Assembly (NCBI GenBank): GCA_964619365.1
Contig: CAZUDQ010000008.1
Coordinates: forward strand, 1-53,696
Origin: an uncultured archaeon
GTDB lineage: Archaea; Altiarchaeota; Altiarchaeia; JAFGQM01
Direction of reading: 5' to 3'
DNA length: 53,696 nt
A program made the position numbers and the translations under genes. Below are positions 9,619 to 23,363 of the stretch, in pieces; the stretch's first letter is position 1, and every line of letters begins with the position of its first letter. Under the pieces are notes generated by a model. The model ran no database searches, was not told the DNA's origin, and saw only the letters and a list, made by a program, of their open reading frames with translations.

Positions 9619-11109
9619 ATGACCACAAAAGAACCGATAACGACATTAGATATGAGTATCCTTGATGCGAATTCTGCATGGTTTGGTGTTCCCGCATCTG
9701 AACTGATGGAAAATGCGGGTCGGGCAACAGCAAAAGAAGCTAACAAGTTCAAGGGTAAGATTGTTGTCCTTTGCGGTCCTGGAAACAATGGCGGCGATGC
9801 GTTTGTCTCGTGCAGGTACCTTAAATCAAAACCAAAGATATTTTACTTAAAGCGCCCCAAAGGGGTTGAGGCGCTTGATAATTTTAACCGCGCAAAAAAC
9901 TATTTTCCTAAACCTCTTGCTGGTTCAGGGCTAAAAGAATGCCTTGATGCGATATCCGGAGCCGGCGTCATAATCGATGGGCTTTTTGGGACTGGAGTAA
10001 AAGGAAAGATTGCACCGCCACTAGCAAAAATCATAACAGCAGTCAACTCTTCTAGAAAAAAAGGCGCAAAGGTACTTGCCGTTGATATTCCTTCAGGAAT
10101 GGACCCAGATTCTGGAAAAGCGTCTAACGTTTCAATAGAAGCTGACGTGACTGTAACCATGCACGCGCCAAAAAAAGGACTCATTAAGGCAAAGAATGCC
10201 GGCAAGATAGTAATTGCGGATATCGGAATTCCAAAGGAAGCAAAAACCTGTGTGGGCGCAGGCGACTTTAAGCATCTCTTAAAAGAGCGAGACGAAAAGA
10301 CACACAAAGGCGAGTCAGGCCGCGTTCTTGTGATAGGTGGGAATGAGAACTATACTGGGGCCCCGTATTTTTCTGCAATGGCGGCACTTAAGGCAGGTTG
10401 TGACCTTAGCTACGTTGCGGCACCAAAAAATGTTGCGTCAAGAATCGCCCAGATGGCTCCAGATTTAATAACTATTCCTTTGCAAAGCGAAGAGCACATT
10501 GGTCCGCATGATGTGCCAAAAGCCCTTGGTGCGAAGTTTGATGCGATATGTATAGGAAACGGCCTGGGTGATTCTAAGGAGTCCTTAGAGGCTGCGCGCC
10601 AGGCAATAGCTGCCTTAGACGGGAGAATACCTCTTGTGATTGACGGAGACGCCCTAAAGGCAATTGATGCAAATACCGTTAAGAAACTTTCAAAGACAAC
10701 GATTTTAACACCGCACGCAGGAGAGTTTAAGGGCTTATTTGGCAAGACGGCGACTAAGGCTGCAGTCTGCGCACAGGCAAAAAAATCTAAATGCACAATA
10801 GTCCTAAAAGGCGCAACAGATATTATCGCGCAGGGTGATTATATCAAACTGAACAAGTCTGGAAACCCTTATATGGCAAAAGGAGGGACTGGTGACATTC
10901 TTGCAGGAGCCGCCACAGGTTTTCTTGCTCAAGGGATAAGTGCTTTTTGGGCTGGAGCTTTTGCCACTCTCATAACAGGAGTTGCAGGCGATCTTGCATA
11001 CATCAAAGAAGGGCGCGCGATGACGGCTTCAGACTGCCTTTCCCAAATGGGTACTGCTCAAAAAGCCCTAAATGGCAAAAGCGCTTTTTTCTATCCGCGC
11101 TCAAAATAA
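9619..11109 (+). CDS. nnr: Bifunctional NAD(P)H-hydrate epimerase/dehydratase
   Basis: LMENAG, GPGNNGGD, DGLFGTG, DIPSG, HKGESG, TPHAGEF, GGTGDILAG. Confidence 0.93.
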   Translation: MTTKEPITTLDMSILDANSAWFGVPASELMENAGRATAKEANKFKGKIVVLCGPGNNGGDAFVSCRYLKSKPKIFYLKRPKGVEALDNFNRAKNYFPKPLAGSGLKECLDAISGAGVIIDGLFGTGVKGKIAPPLAKIITAVNSSRKKGAKVLAVDIPSGMDPDSGKASNVSIEADVTVTMHAPKKGLIKAKNAGKIVIADIGIPKEAKTCVGAGDFKHLLKERDEKTHKGESGRVLVIGGNENYTGAPYFSAMAALKAGCDLSYVAAPKNVASRIAQMAPDLITIPLQSEEHIGPHDVPKALGAKFDAICIGNGLGDSKESLEAARQAIAALDGRIPLVIDGDALKAIDANTVKKLSKTTILTPHAGEFKGLFGKTATKAAVCAQAKKSKCTIVLKGATDIIAQGDYIKLNKSGNPYMAKGGTGDILAGAATGFLAQGISAFWAGAFATLITGVAGDLAYIKEGRAMTASDCLSQMGTAQKALNGKSAFFYPRSK

Positions 11110-11114
11110 TAAAA

Positions 11115-11315
11115 ATGGCAAAACTACCACTAAGCGCGTTTGATAAGTTCCTAAAAGATGCCGGAGCAAGCAGAAGTTCAGAGAAAGCAAAAATCGTCAT
11201 GCGGGAAGCCGTTGAGGATTATGCAGAGGCTCTTGCAGGCGCATCTGTCGCCCTTTCAAAACATGCCGGAAGAAAGACTGTAAAGTCCGAAGACGTGAAG
11301 CTTGCTGCAAAATAA
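11115..11315 (+). CDS. Archaeal histone (HMf family), basic
   Basis: ATG at 11115 after AAAA; MAKLPLSAFDKFLKDAGASRSS...HAGRKTVKSEDVKLA, 66 aa. Confidence 0.92.
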   Translation: MAKLPLSAFDKFLKDAGASRSSEKAKIVMREAVEDYAEALAGASVALSKHAGRKTVKSEDVKLAAK

Positions 11316-11318
11316 GCT

Positions 11319-13070
11319 TTAAGCAATACCTCCGAACACAACACCCCCAAGCCACGCGCACCCGCAAAATATCAGGCAGGATAATATAATTGCAAGTCCG
11401 ATTGATAGTCTTTTTGCAGCAGAGAAGTTACCGTTTAAAAGATATACTGCAAAATTCGATAAGATTATTGCCGATTCAATAATGTATATCCCAATTACCA
11501 ATGTCGAGATTTCTATTGGAAGCATTCCCCCGCTTGAGAAACCAACGGCCTGACTGCTTTGGGAACTGGAAAGAAGGGTCTCTGATATTATAGCACTCAT
11601 TGAAGCGATAAGGCCTCCGACAAGGGGCGCGACAAAAAGAGCGATGACTTTCATTGATGAGGCCACCTGCCCAAGCCCACGCTCGATTTCATCCTCAGTT
11701 TCCTTAATGAGAACCATTTGATCAGAGATTCTTAATGCGACTTGAGATATTGCGTGAGGGCCCTTTTGCGAGACTGCAAGAATGGTTTCACACGCGCTTG
11801 TTATGGCATCTGAATGAAGTTGGGACACAGTTCCCTGCCCACCCAAAAGAGCGTCCCGGATACTAACTCCAAAAGAACTGGCATAAGCCGTAGCAGGAAA
11901 AAATATAGTATCTTCCATTTCAGCCATTGCCCTTTCAAGAGATTTCCCCTGAGATGTGAGTATCGAAAGCTTCCTTAGGCTTTCAGGGAACTGCGATTCA
12001 ATAGCTTTTGTCTTTTTTGCAAGAAGCAACGCTTTTCTTGCAGGCAGAATCAGGATTATACTAACGATAACACTAGGTGCCCATAAAAGAGGAAGCAGAG
12101 CAAGAGCGCCCTCAAACATATTGAGTATGAAGGGAATCAGACACAAGGTCCCTAAAAACACAGCCAGAAGAACAATCATAAACGAAGGACGGATGCATTT
12201 AATTGATGGTGGGGCAAGACCGATTGGTCTGAGTCCTGAAACAATATGCACCCCGAAAAGAAGGAAAACCGGTATTATCACGCAATAAAGTATTGCAAAC
12301 ATCCCTTCTCCAAAGTCTATTCCCATAAGCGACATGAAAGGAATCAGTGCGACCATAACCAAAGGAACGATTACGCCAAAAGTAAAAAGTGCCATGACAG
12401 GCGAGACCATCTTTCTTGCTTGTCTTCTTGCCCTAAGGGAAATTCCGGAAAGAAGGTTTGATGAGGCTTTGTCAAGCGTTTTTTGGCGTGAGACTTCGTC
12501 TTTTTCAAGCGTTGATGAATACAAAAGCCCTATTGCTGCTCCGAATTCAGGGTAGTCAGGAAAAATCTTTGCTATTTTAAATATTGCAGACTTAGCGTTG
12601 CTGTGCCCTGTCCTGATGTCATTTATAGACTCAATAAGGAGACGTCCCAGTTCCCCTTTTGCATGCTTTGCACAAAAGACAAGTGCGTCTTCAAGGTTTG
12701 GGTTTACCCGAAGGCTCATAACAAGATAAGCAAAGACCGATAGTATCTCTCTTGAGGCCTCCTTTTTCTTTGAGGAGGCAAGCATTATTAAATATCTTTC
12801 AAACCAAACGTAGCAAAGCGGTCCGAGTAAAAAAAGCATGACAGAAAGTATGCTAAAACCCCACAAAGAAAAGATGAGGAAAAAAGCAAGAAGACTTAAG
12901 ACAAAGCAAATTATGCCAGTTACAATGGCGGCAGATTCTATTTCCTTTGGCGCGACAGGAATCTTAAGAAAAGAACTGGCATCAAGGAGCTTGTTTTCGA
13001 TACTCTTTTTTGGCCTTTGATTGATAAGCGAACCGAACTTATTGCAGAGTAAAATATACGTACCGCTCAT
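11319..13070 (-). CDS. Type IV pilus/T2SS F-family membrane platform protein (two T2SSF-like halves)
   Basis: Multiple TM segments, NPNLEDAL and FPESL..L..G.SLE.A motifs; ATGA overlap with the upstream ATPase stop suggests start 13070. Confidence 0.8.
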   Translation of the reverse strand: MSGTYILLCNKFGSLINQRPKKSIENKLLDASSFLKIPVAPKEIESAAIVTGIICFVLSLLAFFLIFSLWGFSILSVMLFLLGPLCYVWFERYLIMLASSKKKEASREILSVFAYLVMSLRVNPNLEDALVFCAKHAKGELGRLLIESINDIRTGHSNAKSAIFKIAKIFPDYPEFGAAIGLLYSSTLEKDEVSRQKTLDKASSNLLSGISLRARRQARKMVSPVMALFTFGVIVPLVMVALIPFMSLMGIDFGEGMFAILYCVIIPVFLLFGVHIVSGLRPIGLAPPSIKCIRPSFMIVLLAVFLGTLCLIPFILNMFEGALALLPLLWAPSVIVSIILILPARKALLLAKKTKAIESQFPESLRKLSILTSQGKSLERAMAEMEDTIFFPATAYASSFGVSIRDALLGGQGTVSQLHSDAITSACETILAVSQKGPHAISQVALRISDQMVLIKETEDEIERGLGQVASSMKVIALFVAPLVGGLIASMSAIISETLLSSSQSSQAVGFSSGGMLPIEISTLVIGIYIIESAIILSNFAVYLLNGNFSAAKRLSIGLAIILSCLIFCGCAWLGGVVFGGIA

Positions 13071-15274
13071 TTTGATAAGCACTGCATGGATAAATTAGAA
13101 ACCTGTCTTTCGAAATCCTGGTTTATTTGTTGTAGCCGGCTATTACTCAAAAGATTTTTACCGCCATTTTTTGCAAGACTAACGGCTTTTAAGTAAGCCT
13201 CTCCACGCTGCAAGGCTTCGTTTAATAAATCGGAAACCTCAAGACCGCGCTTTGCAGATATTTTTGAGAAGACCTGCGAATCTTCACAGTTTTTCATTAC
13301 AAGCCCGCCTTTTTTCGCGTCGAATTTAAAGAGGGTTCTAAAGACGTTTTCTGTGTCAGTTCCCTCCCAGTCTTTTCTTACTTCTGCGATTTCGACAACG
13401 CGCCTTTTTGGGGCAGGATCCCCTTGCGATTTTGACATCTCGCATATGATGACAATATCTGTTGCTTTAAATGACTGTGGCGGGATTTTAAGGCTGTAGA
13501 TGAGTCTTTCAAAAAGTGCCCGCGTGCTTTTTGCATGTATCGTTCCAAGAACACAATTCCCCGAGCCGCCTATGTTCATTGCTTCATATAACACTGCAGC
13601 CTCAGGACCTCTTACTTCTCCCATCACAATTGCCGAGTCCCCCATTCTAAGGAGACTTCGTATAGCAGAATCTGAAGATGATTCAAAAGAGGACTCAGAG
13701 GTTGAAGGTCTGACACGCATCCTTTGAATTTTGAAATCAAGTTCGGAGATAAGAGCCGGGACTGGAAGCTCAAAAGTGTCTTCAAGAGTAAGGATTCTGT
13801 TCTTTTTTGGCAGTGTTGCAATGAGTGCAGATAGAAGTGAGGTCTTACCACTCCCACGGTCTCCGCAGACAAGGACTGTTGTATCCTCGCGCACAATTGT
13901 TGCAAGAAAGCCTGCAGCCTCAGAACTAATCATCCCGTTGTCTATAAACTTAAGAAGGCTCCAGGGATCCTTTGCACTTTTTCTAAAGGCAAAGGCGGCA
14001 CCATCAGGGCTTATCGGCGGCCCCGTAACATTTACCCTTACTTTTAATTCTGGTAAATCCATGTCCAGAATGGGGGTTGCCTGGGAAAACGGGCGCCCGC
14101 TTTTAAGCCTGAATTTTGATATGACCGATTCGATAAAGTCCTCGTTTAGATATACGTTTGTCTCACAGTCACCAAACTCCCTATGCTTTACAACGAGTGG
14201 ATTTTTCTCGACTGGCGAATTTATGTAAAGGTCGGTTATGTTGGGGTCGCTAAGGATGTTTTCAATAAGTCCAAAACCAACAGTCGAACGTATGAGCGCT
14301 CTTGTCATTGCCAAACTCTCATCATTGCCAAAACCATGGAGTGCAGACAGCTTTAACATCTCTTCAGAACACATGCGTCTAAAGGTGTTCTCATCAATGT
14401 TCCCTTTTTTTGACTTAAGGCGAAAGAGCGCCTCTTTTATCACGACAAGCTTCTCTTTTGAAAAGCGGTATTCATCAGGCGTTATCACATATTTCTCATA
14501 GTTGTTCTCCCCTTCTATTCTGACCTGCCCCCCTTCTATGCCATAATCCATTAAGCAAGCCTCACCATCACTAATGTCAAATGATAATCTGGCGCCTGAA
14601 AAGAATGGCTCAAGAGAATAACCTGGAAGCTCACCTTTGCCGATTGCAGTTTTTGATATCTTATCTACCGCGTTATCACATGCTCCAAGCGCCCGGCGCT
14701 CGCAGTCAAGACAGGCTTTTTTAGGGACGCCTGAAACCTTGATGTCAGGGTTCTCCTCACAAACTATTCCTTTTGAAAGCAACTCGAATGGGCGTCTAAG
14801 GAAGGCTTTCCTTATTGACCTTAACTGAGCCTCGTGTTCCTTGCCGCATTCGCCGCATTCTTCCGGAAAATCCAAAAGAAAGGGCTCGCATGCTAAGTGC
14901 AAATCAAGAAGAGCTTCGCACGCTTTTTTGTCAAATTCTTTTCGCACAAGACCATCGTTAAGAGAAAGTTGTGCACAATTGTTTTCCCAGATGATTTTTG
15001 CGCAGTTAGACAAACAGTCAGGGTCGCTTAAATCTGATTTATGGGAACAGCCCTCACAGTTTATTCGAACACCGGATTTTTCTGAAATAATAAAAGTCCC
15101 TCCCGATTTTTGACAGTTGGGAGCAAGCTCTTTTTTTGCTTTTTTTAATGAGAGTGAGAATTTCTTTTTTCGTTTTACCTTTATGTTTTTTGGCAACGCC
15201 TGAGCCAAAGCATTCTTTTGACTTTTAAAATTAGCGACCCTTCCTTTAGGTCCATAAGCCCCATTATTTTCCAT
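13067..15274 (-). CDS. Type II/IV secretion (pilus) ATPase with Cys-rich N-terminal region
   Basis: Walker A GDRGSGKTS, LEDTFEL, LRMGD...MGEVRG, GTIHA; CxxC motifs N-terminally; start uncertain (15274, 15295 or 15391). Confidence 0.88.
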   Translation of the reverse strand: MENNGAYGPKGRVANFKSQKNALAQALPKNIKVKRKKKFSLSLKKAKKELAPNCQKSGGTFIISEKSGVRINCEGCSHKSDLSDPDCLSNCAKIIWENNCAQLSLNDGLVRKEFDKKACEALLDLHLACEPFLLDFPEECGECGKEHEAQLRSIRKAFLRRPFELLSKGIVCEENPDIKVSGVPKKACLDCERRALGACDNAVDKISKTAIGKGELPGYSLEPFFSGARLSFDISDGEACLMDYGIEGGQVRIEGENNYEKYVITPDEYRFSKEKLVVIKEALFRLKSKKGNIDENTFRRMCSEEMLKLSALHGFGNDESLAMTRALIRSTVGFGLIENILSDPNITDLYINSPVEKNPLVVKHREFGDCETNVYLNEDFIESVISKFRLKSGRPFSQATPILDMDLPELKVRVNVTGPPISPDGAAFAFRKSAKDPWSLLKFIDNGMISSEAAGFLATIVREDTTVLVCGDRGSGKTSLLSALIATLPKKNRILTLEDTFELPVPALISELDFKIQRMRVRPSTSESSFESSSDSAIRSLLRMGDSAIVMGEVRGPEAAVLYEAMNIGGSGNCVLGTIHAKSTRALFERLIYSLKIPPQSFKATDIVIICEMSKSQGDPAPKRRVVEIAEVRKDWEGTDTENVFRTLFKFDAKKGGLVMKNCEDSQVFSKISAKRGLEVSDLLNEALQRGEAYLKAVSLAKNGGKNLLSNSRLQQINQDFERQVSNLSMQCLSK

Positions 15275-15444
15275 TTCAAAGACTAGGATAGTCATGTTGG
15301 AGAAGGCAAGACTAACAAAGGATATTTCTAAGGAAAACGACTTATAGTTATTGGAGGATAATATTATTGCCGGAGGATAAGTTCTAGCCAACCCAAACGC
15401 ATAAGACTCTTACAACTTTAAATAAACCTTGCATTAAATATAAT

Positions 15445-15511
15445 GAGTGTGCGATGAAGTCCGCACAGGCAATACTCGCCAAAACCGCTTTTTTCAGCTG
15501 ATGACTTCTAC
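15445..15511 (+). promoter_or_regulatory. Fluoride riboswitch (crcB motif)
   Basis: GCGATGAAGTCCGC...AAACCGC...GCTGATGACTTCTAC fits the consensus; P1 TGTGCG/CGCACA, pseudoknot GAAGTC/GACTTC; directly upstream of crcB. Confidence 0.92.
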
Positions 15512-15534
15512 AAGAAATAGTTAAGGCGGGCTAA

Positions 15535-15912
15535 ATGAACTTATTACTACTTGTTGGGATTGGCGGATTCATCGGGGCGATTTTAAGGTATTCTGCAAGC
15601 GGATTTATACAAAATGGAATGGTATCTTTTCCGCTGGGGACACTAGGGGTTAATGTCATAGGAAGCTTCTTTTTGGGTTTTGTAATGTATGCCTCAGAAT
15701 ATCAGGGCATTTTCTCAGAGGAGACGCGGGTCTTTTTGACTTTGGGAATACTCGGAGCATTTACCACAATGTCAACATTTAGCTACGAGTCATTTAAACT
15801 ATTGGAAAACAACGAATTCATACTCCTAAGCATCAATATAATCGGGACACTAATGCTGACAATCGGCGCTATTTATTTAGGGCGCTTAGTAGTATTGGCG
15901 TTGTGGAGCTAA
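15535..15912 (+). CDS. crcB: Fluoride channel Fluc/CrcB
   Basis: GGFIGAILRY, FPLGTL.VN..GSF, GAFTTMSTF. Confidence 0.96.
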   Translation: MNLLLLVGIGGFIGAILRYSASGFIQNGMVSFPLGTLGVNVIGSFFLGFVMYASEYQGIFSEETRVFLTLGILGAFTTMSTFSYESFKLLENNEFILLSINIIGTLMLTIGAIYLGRLVVLALWS

Positions 15913-15917
15913 CGAAA

Positions 15918-16256
15918 ATGAAAAAAGAATCTGAAGCAATCTTGTTAAGGATATTCATCGGGGAAGCAGACAGATACGGGGGAAAGCCACTCTACAAGCA
16001 TATAATTGAATTATGCAGAAAAGAGGGTCTTGCAGGAGTCACAGTCATAAAGGGCATTGAGGGCTTTGGAAAAACAAGTCATTTTCACACAACATCAATT
16101 TTAAGCCTGTCAACAGACCTCCCCATTCTAATTGAAATCGTAGACAAGAAAGAGAACATAGAACGCATCAAAGAAAAGCTGGACAAGATAATCAGGAAAG
16201 GCCTCATAACAGAAGAAAAAGTAAAGATATTCATGTATAAGGCAAACGAGGATTAG
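15918..16256 (+). CDS. DUF190 family PII-like protein
   Basis: LRIFIGE.D...GKPLY, AG.TV..GIEGFG, LSTDLP..IEIVD; usual crcB neighbour. Confidence 0.88.
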   Translation: MKKESEAILLRIFIGEADRYGGKPLYKHIIELCRKEGLAGVTVIKGIEGFGKTSHFHTTSILSLSTDLPILIEIVDKKENIERIKEKLDKIIRKGLITEEKVKIFMYKANED

Positions 16257-16272
16257 CAAAAAATAATAAAAG

Positions 16273-16347
16273 GGCCGAGCCCGGGATTTGAACCCGGGTC
16301 GCCGGATCCACAGTCCAGCAGGATAACCAAGCTACCCTAACCCGGCC
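16273..16347 (-). tRNA. tRNA-His(GUG) with genomically encoded G-1; CCA not encoded
   Basis: Reverse complement G-GCCGGGT...CTGGA-CT-GTG-GA-TCCGG...GGTTCAAATCC...GCTCGGC-C. Confidence 0.96.
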
Positions 16348-16480
16348 AGCAAAAGGCGACGCAAGAAACAAAATGCCTTAAGAAGCGGCTTATTTTTCAA
16401 ACTATATAATAAAAACAAACAATTAATATTATTAATTAAATAATTTATATTATCTTTTCAAAAGATTACTAGATATTAAA

Positions 16481-16846
16481 ATGCCAGCACCACATTCAAT
16501 GAAGAAAAAGCCAATACCGCATTGTGTATCGAGAAATACAGCACACAGGGAGCGATTTGAGATACACCCACAAATGCGTTTTCTGCATGAGCATGATTTT
16601 AAGCCAGAGCTAAAGGAGGGGCCCGCATGGACAGAGCAATATCCAGGTGGAGAAGAATTAACCCATCACAATGTTTATGTTACCAGTAAAGGCCATGACG
16701 AACCATTACTCAAGCCCGATGGAAGCCTAATTAATTTAGAAGAAGATAGGGTGGCCACGATACATACAAAAGAAGGCAAGGAAGAAATATACCGCATACC
16801 AGGCCTTACCCGAATTACTTTTAGGAAACAGAAAAGTAATTATTAA
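16481..16846 (+). CDS. Hypothetical protein
   Basis: 121-aa ORF filling the gap between tRNA-His and the rRNA promoter; AAAATG start; no recognisable motif. Confidence 0.6.
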   Translation: MPAPHSMKKKPIPHCVSRNTAHRERFEIHPQMRFLHEHDFKPELKEGPAWTEQYPGGEELTHHNVYVTSKGHDEPLLKPDGSLINLEEDRVATIHTKEGKEEIYRIPGLTRITFRKQKSNY

Positions 16847-16875
16847 AATAACAGATATCTTACGGTCTTTTTGCC

Positions 16876-16905
16876 GAAAGCTTTTTATACTCCACTCTAC
16901 AAATA
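16876..16905 (+). promoter_or_regulatory. rRNA operon promoter (BRE/TATA)
   Basis: GAAAGC-TTTTTATAC-N9-CAAATA about 340 nt upstream of 16S. Confidence 0.7.
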
Positions 16906-17223
16906 TCCCCACGCGTTTCTTCGCGTAGGCGTTTTGCCTCTTTTACAAAAAGAGTACTTTTCGTCGGTTTAGGATTCAACCCTTTTTATAGGTTGTACTT
17001 CTAAATTAGGTCCGAATAACTGGTCTCTGCGCAACTGCGCGAAATGACCACACTTATTCCTGTGTCGTCAAAGCAAAGCATACGTTAAGCTTTCCACTTT
17101 TTCGGCGCAACACTCATGAGGAGATACAACCGGCGTTAAGCCGATTCAATCTGATGTGGTGGAGAAAGTACGTGATACCTTTTTTAATAAAGTGTGAACA
17201 ATAACAACCAGCCAAAAACAATC

Positions 17224-18694
<1,471 letters not shown>

Positions 18695-18867
18695 TACATA
18701 TAATACTATATGAATCTCTGTACTTATCCACCACTTCACTCTTATAATTTTACAGGCAACTGTAAATTTCAATAAGAAATACTATGAACTTCCCGACACT
18801 TAGAGCCATATCGGGAAGGGAAGCAACTATGGTTTCATTTGTAAACCGATGATGTTGTGCTTGGAAG

Positions 18868-21747
<2,880 letters not shown>

Positions 21748-21990
21748 TATAAAACCCAAGCACAACATCATCATTTACTCTTTTCTTAAGATTATTTGAT
21801 GCAAATTTGGCTCAAAAATCTTAATATTCTTTATATCATAGCATTAGCTTTTTTAGCCTAATGCAAGAAAACTTCCAAGCACAACACCGGTTCTAAATAA
21901 GATTTTCTTACCCACATAACTATTATATGGTTATATTAGGTTAGTTCTGGGTAAGATTTTCTTATTTTTAACAATTTAATCTCAATTATT

Positions 21991-22302
21991 AATATCGGGA
22001 GCGGTCCATGCGGATACCCGGGGTGATTTTTCACTTCCGGAGGAAGCTGGTACACCATAAAATGGCAGGGAGGTAACTCCTACACAGAGATGTGTGCTCT
22101 ATCACAGAAACGAAGCAGTTCCTAATGAATACGATGATAGATTCTTGAGGTTCTTTGGAATACTGCATGAAACGGATTCATCTGCCAGGTGCAAGGCAAT
22201 TTTGCCGCTTAGTCGAATGCCGCACGTGTTTAGCCTATTTACGACGGGAATTTTCCCTGAAGGGCTCGTACAGAATACCAGCTAAGGACCGGACCCGATA
22301 TT
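21991..22302 (+). ncRNA. rnpB: RNase P RNA
   Basis: P1 AATATCGGG/CCCGATATT; CR-I GAGGAAG, CR-II ACAGAAA, CR-III TGAAAC, CR-IV AGTCGAATG, CR-V ACAGAA; P4 AGCTGGTA/TACCAGCT; P5 CACC/GGTG; P7 TGGCAG/CTGCCA. Confidence 0.9.
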
Positions 22303-22350
22303 CATTCTTTATAGTCTTTTAACCCAATTCTTTCTAACAATTTAAAACAA

Positions 22351-23241
22351 ATGCCTAGTGAATCAGAGATACGAGCAGTTCAGGAAGCCTTTAATGCAAA
22401 CGGCTTTGAGATATACCTTGTTGATGGCCTTAGACGCTATTTTGACTTTATCGCAAAGCGTGAGGATGCCTCATTTATAATTAAATGCCTGCGCAACATA
22501 GATAATCTTGGCGATGAGGCGGGCTGTGAACTCTTAAAACTTGCAAACGCCTTTTTGGCTCAGCCATTACTTATTGGAGAACTCGCAGGAATATCACGAT
22601 TAGAGGACGGTTTAGTATATTCAAGGCATCAGATACCCTCATTAACCATCACGACGGCAAAAGCGATAATAAACGGCGATTGCATATCTAAATTCACCTC
22701 ACGCGGAAGGACGCTTGTAGGTATTGAAGGCTCCACTCTTCGTGAGATGAGAACCAAACGCGGAATGAGTCGTGAAGAGCTTGCAAAGGCGCTCTCCTGC
22801 TCCGGACAGACAATATACCGCATGGAAAAGCAAAACCGTGCAGAAGAGGAGATGTTCGAGCGCGTTCTTAACTTTTTTGGAAAAGAAATACAGGTTCCCG
22901 CAATCCAGATAACAGACGGCAAGACAGAAAACGAGCATGAACTCTCAGACCCCATCAAAAAAAGGATAGTAGGGGAATATCTTCGCCTCAAGCTTGAAAA
23001 TACTGCGTTTTCAAACCCTCTGGATTTTGCACTTGACGAAAGGCTGCTTTTTACTCCGGTTTCAAGAACAGAATCAGAACTTAGAAGCAAACAAAAAATA
23101 GCAAAGAGTCTGGAGACTGCACTAGACTGCAAAACAGTTCATATAACAAAAGAAAAAAAGACAAGGCGACTTCTTGCAATCTCCTTTGACGAGCTCCACG
23201 CCATAGCATCAAAAGAAGAGATTCTCGAGAAGATTGATTAA
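22351..23241 (+). CDS. Archaeal HTH transcriptional regulator (COG1395-like, XRE HTH)
   Basis: FDFIAKRE...IK.L.NID N-domain, LEDG.VYSRH.IP, HTH LREMRTKRGMSREELA...IYRME. Confidence 0.8.
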   Translation: MPSESEIRAVQEAFNANGFEIYLVDGLRRYFDFIAKREDASFIIKCLRNIDNLGDEAGCELLKLANAFLAQPLLIGELAGISRLEDGLVYSRHQIPSLTITTAKAIINGDCISKFTSRGRTLVGIEGSTLREMRTKRGMSREELAKALSCSGQTIYRMEKQNRAEEEMFERVLNFFGKEIQVPAIQITDGKTENEHELSDPIKKRIVGEYLRLKLENTAFSNPLDFALDERLLFTPVSRTESELRSKQKIAKSLETALDCKTVHITKEKKTRRLLAISFDELHAIASKEEILEKID

Positions 23242-23363
23242 AGCTTTTTAAACCTTCTTATAGCTTTTTATAGACAGACAAACTAATACCACCTTGCAAA
23301 TCCAAGAGAACAGTATTTGCATATATGAAGACTTTTTCGACTAAATAAAAGCTAATTTATAAA

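Noticed and set aside
10947-11114. N-terminal tail on the histone (122-aa ORF)
   Set aside because: The extension overlaps nnr in another frame; AAAA-ATG at 11115 gives a standard 66-aa histone
15400-16273. Integrated element at tRNA-His
   Set aside because: No duplicated tRNA 3' end and no integrase seen
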